Positions 1-9,308 of a DNA stretch of 64,000 bases are shown here, in pieces. Numbering within the stretch: the stretch's first letter is position 1; every line of letters starts with the position of its first letter. The translations under genes and the position numbers were made by a program. Source of the DNA: Candidatus Woesearchaeota archaeon (GTDB lineage Archaea; Nanobdellota; Nanobdellia; UBA10117; ARS21); assembly GCA_038128845.1 (NCBI GenBank), contig JAYPKL010000002.1:5604-69603 (forward strand), in the 5' to 3' direction. The notes under the pieces were generated by a model, which saw only the letters and a program-made list of their open reading frames with translations, was not told the origin of the DNA and did no database searches.

Positions 1-837
1 CTGGCTTGGAAAAATGCTACAATATCTGGACACGTACAAGATCCAAATGGTAAAAAAATGTCTAAATCAATTGGAAATATAATTGAACCACAAAAAATGA
101 TAGATAAATTTAACGTTGATGCATTAAGATATTTTGCAGGATCTAAAAAATTAGGTGATGACGCACCATTCCAAGAAAAAGAATTAAAGACTGGGGTAAA
201 ATTAATTAATAAATTATGGAATACATGTAAATTTATTTATTCTGAAAATAAAATTCCTTCATCAAATAAAAATTTAGAAATAGAAGATAAATGGATAATG
301 TCCAGATTTGAAATTGCATATAAAAATTATATTAAAAACTTTGATAATTATGAATCAAAATTTGCACTAGAATCTATTGAACAATTTTTCTATAAAGATT
401 TTTGTGACTTTTATTTAGAAATGATAAAAGGAAGAATTTATTCAAATGATAAATCAAAAATCTCTGCGCTATATACTGCAAATTTAATTTTTCAAAATTC
501 ATTAAAATTATTTGCACCGTTTATTCCCTTTATTACAGAAGAATTATATTCAAAAATAAATAAATCCGAATCAATTCATTTAGAAAATATATCTAAACTT
601 AAAACAACTTCCTATACTGAAGAATTGAAATTGGGAGAATTGGCTAAAGAATATATTACAAAGATTAGAAAATTAAAACAAGATAATCAAATAAAACTAG
701 GAGAATATATTGAATCAATAACAATTTCCTCACATAAAACAAAAGATATTCAAAAAATATCTGAAATTTTATGTAGAACTGCTCGAGTAAATGAAATTAA
801 ACTAACTACTGGAAAAGAAAATTTATTTCTTAATTGA
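1..837 (+). CDS. valS: Valyl-tRNA synthetase, C-terminal part (5' end cut by the window edge)
   Basis: Frame 1 is open from base 1. Translation reads ...ISGHVQDPNGKKMSKSIGN (class I KMSKS motif), followed by an anticodon-binding region with the DKWIMSRF and FCDFYLE pattern typical of ValRS. IleRS is not fully excluded. Confidence 0.6.
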   Translation: MAWKNATISGHVQDPNGKKMSKSIGNIIEPQKMIDKFNVDALRYFAGSKKLGDDAPFQEKELKTGVKLINKLWNTCKFIYSENKIPSSNKNLEIEDKWIMSRFEIAYKNYIKNFDNYESKFALESIEQFFYKDFCDFYLEMIKGRIYSNDKSKISALYTANLIFQNSLKLFAPFIPFITEELYSKINKSESIHLENISKLKTTSYTEELKLGELAKEYITKIRKLKQDNQIKLGEYIESITISSHKTKDIQKISEILCRTARVNEIKLTTGKENLFLN

Positions 838-1395
838 TTTTTTTCCATGCTTTGAATAAAATAAAAAGTGAAATTTATGGTGTTTCTTATTTTTCTTTGT
901 TAAAGGATGTTCAAAAAATATAGCTGCTCTTATTATTCTAGGAAATTTAGTAATATTATTATAAATCGCTAGAATTCTACTTGATCTGCCGGATAACTCT
1001 GCTTCTTGTACAATTAATCTGGCTCCGGCAGTTACACCTTTAAACTCGTGTGCAGCTGTTTGAGTAACTTTAATTGATTCTTCAGCAGGTAAAACTTTTG
1101 TTATTAAATAAGCCTCTTCAAATAGTCTAAAAATTAACATGAAAGGAAATATGGCCAATATTTCTAACCAATAACTTTTGAAATAAGCTTTCTTATTAGT
1201 AGCTCTCCTATATTTGAATATTAAATCAAAACCTAAAACAAAAGTTATTAGAAAAAATTCAAAAAATATAATTAAATCTTCATAATAATACAATTCTTTG
1301 TTATAAAATAATGTTGCAATAAAATGTAAGATAATAAACGCCAAAGAATAAGGTACTAACTTATCTATAATAACTTCCAGCTTTATATGTTTCAT
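823..1395 (-). CDS. Hypothetical multi-pass membrane protein
   Basis: 190-aa ORF with several hydrophobic helices and no recognisable catalytic motif. No K-channel TVGYG filter is present. Confidence 0.3.
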   Translation of the reverse strand: MKHIKLEVIIDKLVPYSLAFIILHFIATLFYNKELYYYEDLIIFFEFFLITFVLGFDLIFKYRRATNKKAYFKSYWLEILAIFPFMLIFRLFEEAYLITKVLPAEESIKVTQTAAHEFKGVTAGARLIVQEAELSGRSSRILAIYNNITKFPRIIRAAIFFEHPLTKKNKKHHKFHFLFYSKHGKKSIKK

Positions 1396-1467
1396 ATTAA
1401 TATAATTATTTTTTGTTTAAATTGTTTTTGAACAAAAGCCTTATAATTATTCTACCTAATTATTTTT

Positions 1468-2565
1468 ATGAACGAAAAAGAAAAATTTGAATTAAGTATA
1501 AAATTGAAGGAACTATCCGAATTCAAGGCAAGACATACGGAGCTAGTTTCTGTATATATTCCGGCAGATTTTGATATTCAGAAAGTTATTAATCAATTAT
1601 CTGAAGAACTGAGTTTAGCAAGAAATATTAAGTCATCTTCAACAAGAAAAAATGTTATGGATGCTCTTGAAAAAATGATAAGAGGTCTTAAAGATTTTAA
1701 TAAAACTCCCGAAAACGGACTTGCAGCTTTTGCAGGTAACGTTTCTGCAAGAGAAGGACATAGCGATGTTCAATTTTGGTCAATTATTCCTCCGGAAAAA
1801 ATGCAAATTCGGAAATATAGATGTGATCAAAAATTTTTACTTGAACCTCTTGAAGAGTACTTAGAAGATAGTGAATCTTATGGATTGGTTCTATTAGATA
1901 GAAGAGAGGCACAAGTTGCAGTACTAAAAGGTAAAACAATTAATACAATTTATACAGACACATCCGCAGTTCCAGGTAAATACAAGGCAGGTGGTCAATC
2001 TGCAGCAAGATTTGCAAGAGTTAGAGAAAATTTAGCAAGAGCCTTTTATCAAAAAGTTGCAGATGTAGTTAATAATGAGTTTTCAACATCTGCTATTGAC
2101 GTTAAAGGTATAATTATTGGTGGGCCTGGACCTTCAAAAGAAGAATTCTATAATGAAAATTTTTTAACACAAGAAATTAAGAAAAAAGTAATTACTGTTG
2201 TTGATATTGGCTATTCTGGTGATCAAGGTATTAATGAACTTCTTGAAAAATCTAGAGATATTCTTGCTAATGAAGCAATAATTAAAGAAAAGAAACAAAC
2301 AGAGAGATTTTTTAACATACTTGGAAAAACACCAAACTTAGCAACCTATGGAAAACATGTAGAAAAAGCCATGGAAATGGGTGCAGTAGATACATTACTA
2401 ATTTGTGACTATCATGAAAATGATGAAATTAAAAGACTGGGTAATCTATGTGAAAATCAAGGTGGTGAATGGATGATTATTGATTCAACATCAAGAGACG
2501 GTGAAACATTGAGAGGGTTGGGCGGAATTGGTGCAATTCTTCGATATAAACTAACTTTTAAATAA
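1468..2565 (+). CDS. prf1: Peptide chain release factor aRF1
   Basis: NIKS stop-codon recognition motif (ARNIKSSSTRKN) and GGQ peptidyl-hydrolase motif (KYKAGGQSAARFAR). ATG start at 1468. Confidence 0.85.
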   Translation: MNEKEKFELSIKLKELSEFKARHTELVSVYIPADFDIQKVINQLSEELSLARNIKSSSTRKNVMDALEKMIRGLKDFNKTPENGLAAFAGNVSAREGHSDVQFWSIIPPEKMQIRKYRCDQKFLLEPLEEYLEDSESYGLVLLDRREAQVAVLKGKTINTIYTDTSAVPGKYKAGGQSAARFARVRENLARAFYQKVADVVNNEFSTSAIDVKGIIIGGPGPSKEEFYNENFLTQEIKKKVITVVDIGYSGDQGINELLEKSRDILANEAIIKEKKQTERFFNILGKTPNLATYGKHVEKAMEMGAVDTLLICDYHENDEIKRLGNLCENQGGEWMIIDSTSRDGETLRGLGGIGAILRYKLTFK

Positions 2566-2582
2566 TAAATTATAACTTTTAT

Positions 2583-2762
2583 ATGATTTCAAAATCTAAG
2601 ATAGAAAATTATCTTCCAAACAAAGATATAAGGATTTCAAAAGAGTATATTGATAAATTAAATGATGAAATTAAAGAAATAATAGTTGAAAAATTAAATA
2701 ATTCATATAAATATGCTAAATATAACGGAAGAATAACTCTAAAAAAAGAAGATTTGAAATAA
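2583..2762 (+). CDS. Small histone-fold protein (59 aa), absent from the ORF track
   Basis: ATG at 2583 and TAA at 2760-2762. Translation MISKSKIENYLPNKDIRISKEYIDKLNDEIKEIIVEKLNNSYKYAKYNGRITLKKEDLK matches the archaeal histone/NF-Y fold pattern (...A...A...GRKT.K.EDI). Confidence 0.4.
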   Translation: MISKSKIENYLPNKDIRISKEYIDKLNDEIKEIIVEKLNNSYKYAKYNGRITLKKEDLK

Positions 2763-2798
2763 GATAAACCTTTTAAATCTCTCTTTCTATCAATTTTT

Positions 2799-3194
2799 AT
2801 GTCAGACGTTTCTATGAGCGAAATAGGTAAAATGAAAGTAGGTCGATATATTGTTCTTGACGGACAACCGTGTCAAATTACTTCGATGCAAAAATCAGCA
2901 CCAGGTAAGCATGGTCATGCAAAATATCGAGTAGATGCTAAAAATATATTTACTGGAAATAAATCTAATGTAGTTATGACTGCACATTCTCATGTTGAAG
3001 TTCCAAATTTAAAGAAACAAAATGCACAAGTATTATCGGTAACAGATAACATGGCTCAAATAATGGATATGGAAACATATGAAACATTCGATATTGAAAT
3101 ACCCGAAGAATTAGAAGGTCAAGTTGCTTCTGGCAATGTTGTAATGTACTGGGAAATAATGGGAAAAAGAGTCCTTAAACAAATTGTATCATGA
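2799..3194 (+). CDS. eif5a: Translation initiation factor 5A (aIF5A)
   Basis: Hypusine-site motif SAPGKHGHAKYRV, OB-fold C-terminal half, 131 aa. Stop codon is TGA. Confidence 0.85.
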   Translation: MSDVSMSEIGKMKVGRYIVLDGQPCQITSMQKSAPGKHGHAKYRVDAKNIFTGNKSNVVMTAHSHVEVPNLKKQNAQVLSVTDNMAQIMDMETYETFDIEIPEELEGQVASGNVVMYWEIMGKRVLKQIVS

Positions 3195-3364
3195 AAATAA
3201 AAGAAGCTGAAGTCAGATTATTTAATAGAGTATTTATTTGCCGTAAATGTAATGCTAAAGTTAGGTCTAGTCCTAACAGAATTAAAGAAAAACTTATTGT
3301 TTGTCCAAAATGCCAAAGCAGAGCATTTAGAGCAAAAGTTAAAGAAAAGAGAGTTGCTAAGTAA
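3191..3364 (+). CDS. rpl40e: Ribosomal protein L40e (57 aa), absent from the ORF track
   Basis: ATG 3191 overlaps the eIF5A stop. Translation MKIKEAEVRLFNRVFICRKCNAKVRSSPNRIKEKLIVCPKCQSRAFRAKVKEKRVAK has the C4 zinc ribbon and the EAE.RL.N.. ICRKC signature of L40e. Confidence 0.6.
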   Translation: MKIKEAEVRLFNRVFICRKCNAKVRSSPNRIKEKLIVCPKCQSRAFRAKVKEKRVAK

Positions 3365-3402
3365 ATACTTAAACTTTTTAAATTAAATTGGGGAACTATT
3401 AT

Positions 3403-4602
3403 ATGCTTCCTGAAATGAATATTGGATTAATTGGTCATGTAGATCATGGTAAAACTACTTTAACTTCTGCATTATCAGGAAAATGGACTGATACTCATTC
3501 TGAAGAACTTAAAAGGGGAATTACAATAAAATTAGGATATGCTGATATATCAATATATTCCGATGGTAAAACTTTTACAACACAAGAAAAAAATAAGTCT
3601 GGTAAAAAAAATAAATTAATAAGAAAAATATCTTTAATTGACGCTCCCGGACATGAAACTTTGATGGCAGTAATGATGTCAGGTGCAGCAATTATGAATG
3701 GTGCAATACTCATGGTTGCAGCAAATGAAGAATGTCCTCAACCTCAAACTGTTGAACATCTTACAGTTCTAAAAATACTTGGAATAAAAAATATAATCGT
3801 AGTACAAAATAAAGTTGATTTAGTTTCAGAAAAAGATGCTTTAAAAAATTATAATCAAATTAAATCGTTTGTTAAAAAAACACTTGGATTTGAAGTTCCA
3901 ATAATTCCTCTTAGTGCTCAGAGAAATGTTAATATAGACATATTACTGGAAGCAATTGAAAACTTTTTACCAACACCAAAAACACTTGAAAAGGAAGAAT
4001 TAAAGTTTACAATTGCTCGTTCATTTGATATAAATAAACCGGGAACAGAAATTCAAAAAATGACTGGAGGTATACTTGGTGGAACAATTAATTCTGGTAA
4101 ACTAAAGATAAATCAAGAAATATTAATCTCTCCTGGTCTAAAGGAGGATAATAAAGGAGTAATTTCATGGAAACCAATAAAAACAAAAATAACAAACATT
4201 GTATCTGGAAGCGAATCTGTTAAAGAGAAGGGTCCAGGAGGATCTATTGCAATTGAAACTGAACTTGATCCAAGTTTATCAAAAACAGATAGTTTAGTTG
4301 GTAATATTGTTACAACAGTAAGTCAAGCTCCAAAAATTTTAAGAGACTTGAACTTGAAAACAAATTTATTTGAAAATGTTCTTGGAACAAAAGAATCAAT
4401 AAAAATAAAACCGATTCAACCCAAAGAAATATTAGTTATTACTTCCGGAACTGCAACAACATGGGGTGTATGTTCCGTTACAAAAAAAGGAGTTTCTATA
4501 AACTTGAAAAAAGATATTGCTGCAGACAAGGGTGATGTTGTATCTATCTCAAGAAAATTTGGCGCAAGATGGCATCTTATTGGATATGGAGAAATTTTAT
4601 AA
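3403..4602 (+). CDS. eif2g: Translation initiation factor 2 gamma subunit (aIF2-gamma)
   Basis: G1 motif GHVDHGKTTL, DAPGHE, NKVD, then beta-barrel domains II/III. ORF-track start 3388 is TTG; first ATG is at 3403 (MLPEMNIG...). Confidence 0.85.
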   Translation: MLPEMNIGLIGHVDHGKTTLTSALSGKWTDTHSEELKRGITIKLGYADISIYSDGKTFTTQEKNKSGKKNKLIRKISLIDAPGHETLMAVMMSGAAIMNGAILMVAANEECPQPQTVEHLTVLKILGIKNIIVVQNKVDLVSEKDALKNYNQIKSFVKKTLGFEVPIIPLSAQRNVNIDILLEAIENFLPTPKTLEKEELKFTIARSFDINKPGTEIQKMTGGILGGTINSGKLKINQEILISPGLKEDNKGVISWKPIKTKITNIVSGSESVKEKGPGGSIAIETELDPSLSKTDSLVGNIVTTVSQAPKILRDLNLKTNLFENVLGTKESIKIKPIQPKEILVITSGTATTWGVCSVTKKGVSINLKKDIAADKGDVVSISRKFGARWHLIGYGEIL

Positions 4603-4623
4603 GTTAATAGTATTATTATAATT

Positions 4624-4992
4624 ATGAAAATTAAAAAAAATCACTTAAAAATTATTTTTATTATATTTCTTCTAACTTGTTCATTATTATATTTTACTAC
4701 CAAAGAAGATCCATATAAAACTTCACTAGCACAATATATGACAGAAAATAATGATGAAATGTACGGTGCCTTCTGGTGTGGAGCTTGTGCAAAACAAAAA
4801 GAAATCTTTGGTAATTCATTTAAACATATAAATTACATTGAATGTGATGAGCGAGGGAAAGATGCTCAACCTGAAAAGTGTAAAATAAATAATGTAGAGG
4901 CGTATCCTACTTGGATTATTAATGGTGAAAAAATTGTGGGTGTAAAAACAATAGAAGAATTAGCATCTTTATCAGGCTTTAATGAAAATTAA
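4624..4992 (+). CDS. Membrane-anchored thioredoxin-fold protein (CxxC)
   Basis: N-terminal hydrophobic anchor followed by YGAFWCGACAKQKEIFG (a CGAC redox motif in thioredoxin-like context). 122 aa. Confidence 0.45.
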   Translation: MKIKKNHLKIIFIIFLLTCSLLYFTTKEDPYKTSLAQYMTENNDEMYGAFWCGACAKQKEIFGNSFKHINYIECDERGKDAQPEKCKINNVEAYPTWIINGEKIVGVKTIEELASLSGFNEN

Positions 4993-5692
4993 AACAATTG
5001 GTATTTCCACAGCAAAGTATAGAATTTTTAATTCCGGAGCAGAAAAAGCACCATATATGATAAGAGATTTGATTAACGGATCTTTTGAAATATATAATTT
5101 TGAAGAAGAAAAATCTCAAATACAAATAAATAATAAAATAACTAAAATATACAAAAAATATCTAAATGAAAATATATTAACAATTGGAGGAGATCATTCT
5201 ATAACATATCCGATACTTAGAAGTCAAGAAAAAAAATTCGATGTATTTTGGTTTGATGCTCATCCGGATACATATGATAATTATAAAGGAAAATACAGTC
5301 ATGCAACAGTATTGAAAAGAGTTTCCGAATTACCAAATTGTAATAAAGTTTACTTAATTGGACACAGAGTTGAAGAAAAACCTGAAAAAATATTTTTAGA
5401 TGAAAGTAAAAAAGTTATTAGAACTGATTATAAAAACCTAAATAAAATTAAATCAGATAATTATTATATCTCTCTGGATTTAGATGTTTTAGATCCTTCT
5501 GTTATGCCTTCAGTTGATCACGCATTACCCAACGGAATGAGTTATGAAGATTTAATTAAATCATTAGATATACTAATTAAACCATCTTTATTTGGTATGG
5601 ATGTTGTAGAATTTGTACCGGATAATGACTCAACTGGAAAAAGTGAAAAAATTATAAAAAAACTTTTTAGTTACCTTAATAAAAAATTATGA
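4982..5692 (+). CDS. Arginase/agmatinase-family ureohydrolase (agmatinase-like)
   Basis: Mn-binding motifs of the arginase fold: GGDHSITYP, DAHPD, SLDLDVLDP. 236 aa. Stop TGA overlaps the next gene's start. Confidence 0.6.
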   Translation: MKIKTIGISTAKYRIFNSGAEKAPYMIRDLINGSFEIYNFEEEKSQIQINNKITKIYKKYLNENILTIGGDHSITYPILRSQEKKFDVFWFDAHPDTYDNYKGKYSHATVLKRVSELPNCNKVYLIGHRVEEKPEKIFLDESKKVIRTDYKNLNKIKSDNYYISLDLDVLDPSVMPSVDHALPNGMSYEDLIKSLDILIKPSLFGMDVVEFVPDNDSTGKSEKIIKKLFSYLNKKL

Positions 5693-6330
5693 ATATAATT
5701 CATATGAAAAAAGCTCTAATAACGGGTGGAAGTTCAGGATTAGGTTATGAATTAGTAAAAATACTAAATTCAGAATATAATTTTACGAATATTTCTAGAA
5801 CTAATTGCGATATTGCCGAACAAAACATATTATTGGATTTGAGTAATTCTAAAAAATTAGATACATTATTGGAAGAAATAGATTATGGTTATGATTTAGT
5901 TGTACTAAATGCAGGAGTATTACATTGGAAAAAACTGGGTGATTTTTCAAATAAAGAAATATTAGATGATTTTAATATAAATATAATAAGTCAAATAAAA
6001 ATTCTAAATAAAATAATAAAAAAATTAGAAAAAAAAGAAGCAACTATTATAATAGTTGGATCTGTTGCATCTTTCTATCCAATCCATGAAAAAGGTTCTG
6101 TTTATATCTCAACAAAGTCTGGAGTTAGAAGTTTAATTGATTCTATAATAAAAGATCATCCTAAAATTAGAACAATCGGAGTTCATCCTCGAGGTTTTAC
6201 ATCTTCTTTGCATAAAAAAAGTGGAACGAAAAGAAAAAATAAAAATAGACCATCTTCAAAAAATATTGCAGAAAAAATTATTGATATTCTAAAAAATAGT
6301 AATGATAATACCAACATTATATTGGATTAA
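5689..6330 (+). CDS. Short-chain dehydrogenase/reductase (SDR) family protein
   Basis: N-terminal Rossmann motif ALITGGSSGLGYEL, NAG motif (LNAGV), catalytic YxxxK (YISTK). Confidence 0.55.
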   Translation: MNIIHMKKALITGGSSGLGYELVKILNSEYNFTNISRTNCDIAEQNILLDLSNSKKLDTLLEEIDYGYDLVVLNAGVLHWKKLGDFSNKEILDDFNINIISQIKILNKIIKKLEKKEATIIIVGSVASFYPIHEKGSVYISTKSGVRSLIDSIIKDHPKIRTIGVHPRGFTSSLHKKSGTKRKNKNRPSSKNIAEKIIDILKNSNDNTNIILD

Positions 6331-6359
6331 TATTATATACTATAGAATACATAAAAATT

Positions 6360-7661
6360 ATGGCAATAAATACTCTGATTATGGGTGCAGCCGGAAGAGA
6401 TTTTCATAATTTTTTAACATACTTCAAAAACAATAAAATGTATAATGTAAAATGTTTTACTGCAAATCAAATACCAGGTATATCTGGTAAAAAATTTCCC
6501 AAAGAATTATCCGGATCATTATATAAAACTGGAATTAGTATTTATGATGAAAAAGATTTACCTAAATTAATAATATCAAAAAAAATTGAATTATGTGTTT
6601 TATCATATTCGGATCTTTCTAATTCTGAAGTAATGAATAAAGTTGCATATATTCAAAGTCTTGGATGTGATTTTATGCTATTAGGTCCAAATTCAACTCA
6701 AATTAAATCCAAGAGACCAATAATATCGGTTACTGCAGTAAGGACGGGATGTGGAAAATCTCAAGTAACAAGTCATATTTCAAAATTACTTCAAGACAAA
6801 AAAATAAAACATTCCATTATACGACACCCTATGCCTTACGGAATATTAAAAAATCAAATATACCAAAAATTTGAAAATTTATCTGATCTTAATAAATATG
6901 AATTAACAATAGAAGAAAGAGAAGAATTTGAAAAGCATTTAGAAAATGGAGCCATAGTTTATTGTGGAATTGATTATGATAAAATAATTAAAGATGCGGA
7001 AAAAAATTCTTCTATAATCATCTGGGACGGTGGCAATAATGATTTTGAATTTTATAAATCTGATTTAAAAATAGTTGTTTTAGATCCTTTGAGAGAAAAT
7101 AATGAATTAAACTATTATCCGGGACTAACGAATTTGATAAGAGCAGATATAGCCATAATAAATAAAATAAATAGTTCAAATAAAAAACAAATTAATAATT
7201 GTATAAATAATATTAAAAAAAATAATAAAAATTGTAAAATTATTTTAACAGAGTCAATTTATGAACTTCCAAAAACTAATAAAAAAAATATACTTGTTAT
7301 TGAAGATGGTCCTACTACAACTCACGGTAATATGAATTATGGTGTTGCATTTTTAGCAGCAAAAAAATTAAATAAAAAAATAATAAATCCAAAAAAATTT
7401 GCTACCGGATATTACAAAGAAGTTTATAAAAAATATAATAATTTAGAAAATATAATTCCTGCAATAGGTTATAGTAAAAATCAAATTATAGATCTTAAGA
7501 ATATTATTAATAAAATAAAACCGGAAGCAATATTTTCTGGATCTCCAATAAACATTAAAAAATTATTAAATTTAAATTATGAAGTTTTTGATATAAATTA
7601 TAAAATAAGAGATAAAAACAACTTAATTAAAAAAAATATTTATTCTTTTATTCGACGATAA
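6360..7661 (+). CDS. P-loop NTPase-like protein (COG2403 / cyclic 2,3-diphosphoglycerate synthetase-like family, tentative)
   Basis: 433 aa. N-terminal MGAAGRDFHNF and a central Walker-A-like TGCGKSQVT. Family assignment is from memory of motif layout only. Confidence 0.3.
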   Translation: MAINTLIMGAAGRDFHNFLTYFKNNKMYNVKCFTANQIPGISGKKFPKELSGSLYKTGISIYDEKDLPKLIISKKIELCVLSYSDLSNSEVMNKVAYIQSLGCDFMLLGPNSTQIKSKRPIISVTAVRTGCGKSQVTSHISKLLQDKKIKHSIIRHPMPYGILKNQIYQKFENLSDLNKYELTIEEREEFEKHLENGAIVYCGIDYDKIIKDAEKNSSIIIWDGGNNDFEFYKSDLKIVVLDPLRENNELNYYPGLTNLIRADIAIINKINSSNKKQINNCINNIKKNNKNCKIILTESIYELPKTNKKNILVIEDGPTTTHGNMNYGVAFLAAKKLNKKIINPKKFATGYYKEVYKKYNNLENIIPAIGYSKNQIIDLKNIINKIKPEAIFSGSPINIKKLLNLNYEVFDINYKIRDKNNLIKKNIYSFIRR

Positions 7662-8098
7662 GAAGGTCTATCTGAATTTATTTGTGGAAAAATCTTTATT
7701 TCGTTTATAAAATTATTATTTTCTATTCTGCTAAGTAATTTTTCTAAATGACTTTCTCCTTCAATTGATAACTCATTTTCTCCCTTTATAAATTCTGCAG
7801 TATAGTTGTTAATTTCTGAATCTAAATTTGGACGAATAATAACTTTTCCTAAAAGTTCTTTCTCCATATCCAGAGATTCGTATAATCTTGAACTCCATTC
7901 TGAAAAATATTTAGAAATTAAATTATTACCATTTGGATTATAGAATACATTAGCCTCAGTAAATTGTTCATTTGAACGAGGTGGTTTTCCAGATATAATT
8001 GGTTTAACTTCAAATTTAAATCCTTTAATTAAACTTCTCCAAATTTTACTTTGAGTTTTATCTCCAATTTGGTGTAATTGATATGCTGTTAATGACAT
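7640..8098 (-). CDS. Hypothetical protein (152 aa)
   Basis: ORF with no motif I can assign. Sits in an operon-like arrangement with the aminotransferase and permease genes. Confidence 0.3.
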   Translation of the reverse strand: MSLTAYQLHQIGDKTQSKIWRSLIKGFKFEVKPIISGKPPRSNEQFTEANVFYNPNGNNLISKYFSEWSSRLYESLDMEKELLGKVIIRPNLDSEINNYTAEFIKGENELSIEGESHLEKLLSRIENNNFINEIKIFPQINSDRPSYRRIKE

Positions 8099-8134
8099 CT
8101 TATTTTCTATACAAAAATATTTTTAAAACTTATT

Positions 8135-9280
8135 TTATGTATTTTTTTTAATACGATCTAATGCTTTTACAATATTATCTTTGGATGTTGCATAACTCAT
8201 TCTAATATGATTTTCTCCTGATTTTCCAAATTCTGTTCCAGGAATAGTTACAATTTTTTTATTTTTTAGTAAATTATCAGAGAATTTTTTAGAATTTGAT
8301 CTTATATTTGGAAAAACATAAAATGCACCTTGTGGCATTAAAGTCTTGTAACCAATTTTATTTAAACCATTAGTAATCAAGTTTCTTCTTCTATTATATT
8401 CAATTAACATTTTTTTTGTATATGCTCTTCCATAATCTAATGCATATTCTGCCATATATTGTGAAATAGTTGGTGCAGAAATTGTTGTGTTAATATGCGT
8501 TTCAGTCATCTCTTTAATTATATTACTTGGTCCAACTGCATAACCCACTCTAAAGCCGCACATTGCATGAGATTTGGAAAAAGATCTAAGAGTAATGGCA
8601 TGTTGTTTCATCCCATTTAATTTAGCAAATGAATTAAATTTGTTATTATCATATATAAGATCCACATAACATTCATCTGACATAACGAATAAATTATTTT
8701 CAACAACTAAGTCAGATAACTCTTCTAACATTTTTTTTGAGTAAATCATTCCAGTGGGGTTAGAAGGATTACATAAAATTATACCTTTGGTTCTCTTTGT
8801 TATAGTTTTTCTTATATCTTCCACATTTAAGTCAAAATTATTTTCCATTTTTGATCCCACTTCTTTTACTTTTCCATTCAAGAATTGTATAGTTGGTATA
8901 TATCCCATGTAACTTGGAGTGGGTAAAATTACTTCATCGTTAGGATCTATTGTTGAAATCAAACCCAACATTAGCGCTTCTTGTGATCCCGATGTAACAA
9001 CAACATTATTTGTATTATAATTCAAATTGTAGTTTTTTGATAGATCTTCAACAATCTTTTTTTTCAAACTTTCTCTACCACCGGGTGGAGAATAATGAGT
9101 CGAGTAACCTTTTGATAATAATTTGCTTCCGTAATCTAAAATTCTTTTACTTGTTTTGAAGTCGGGTTCACCTGGACCTAAAGAAATAACACTTTTATCT
9201 TCTACTGATCTTTTAAGATAAGATCCTACTATACCATGACGCATATTCTTTTCACGTTTTGAAAGTATAATCTTACTCAT
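8135..9280 (-). CDS. PLP-dependent aminotransferase, class I/II (aspartate aminotransferase-like)
   Basis: PLP-lysine region SFSKSHAMCGFRVGYAVGP, length 381 aa, fold-type I layout. Confidence 0.75.
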   Translation of the reverse strand: MSKIILSKREKNMRHGIVGSYLKRSVEDKSVISLGPGEPDFKTSKRILDYGSKLLSKGYSTHYSPPGGRESLKKKIVEDLSKNYNLNYNTNNVVVTSGSQEALMLGLISTIDPNDEVILPTPSYMGYIPTIQFLNGKVKEVGSKMENNFDLNVEDIRKTITKRTKGIILCNPSNPTGMIYSKKMLEELSDLVVENNLFVMSDECYVDLIYDNNKFNSFAKLNGMKQHAITLRSFSKSHAMCGFRVGYAVGPSNIIKEMTETHINTTISAPTISQYMAEYALDYGRAYTKKMLIEYNRRRNLITNGLNKIGYKTLMPQGAFYVFPNIRSNSKKFSDNLLKNKKIVTIPGTEFGKSGENHIRMSYATSKDNIVKALDRIKKNT

Positions 9281-9308
9281 AATAGAATTATAGTTTGTAA
9301 TATATAAG

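Noticed and set aside
823-1395. Potassium-channel call for the 190-aa membrane protein
   Set aside because: No selectivity-filter (TVGYG-like) motif and no clear S4 Arg ladder. Left as a generic membrane protein.
3495-3713. Antisense ORF inside aIF2-gamma
   Set aside because: Fully embedded antisense to a highly conserved CDS. Low-complexity translation. Typical spurious ORF in an AT-rich genome.
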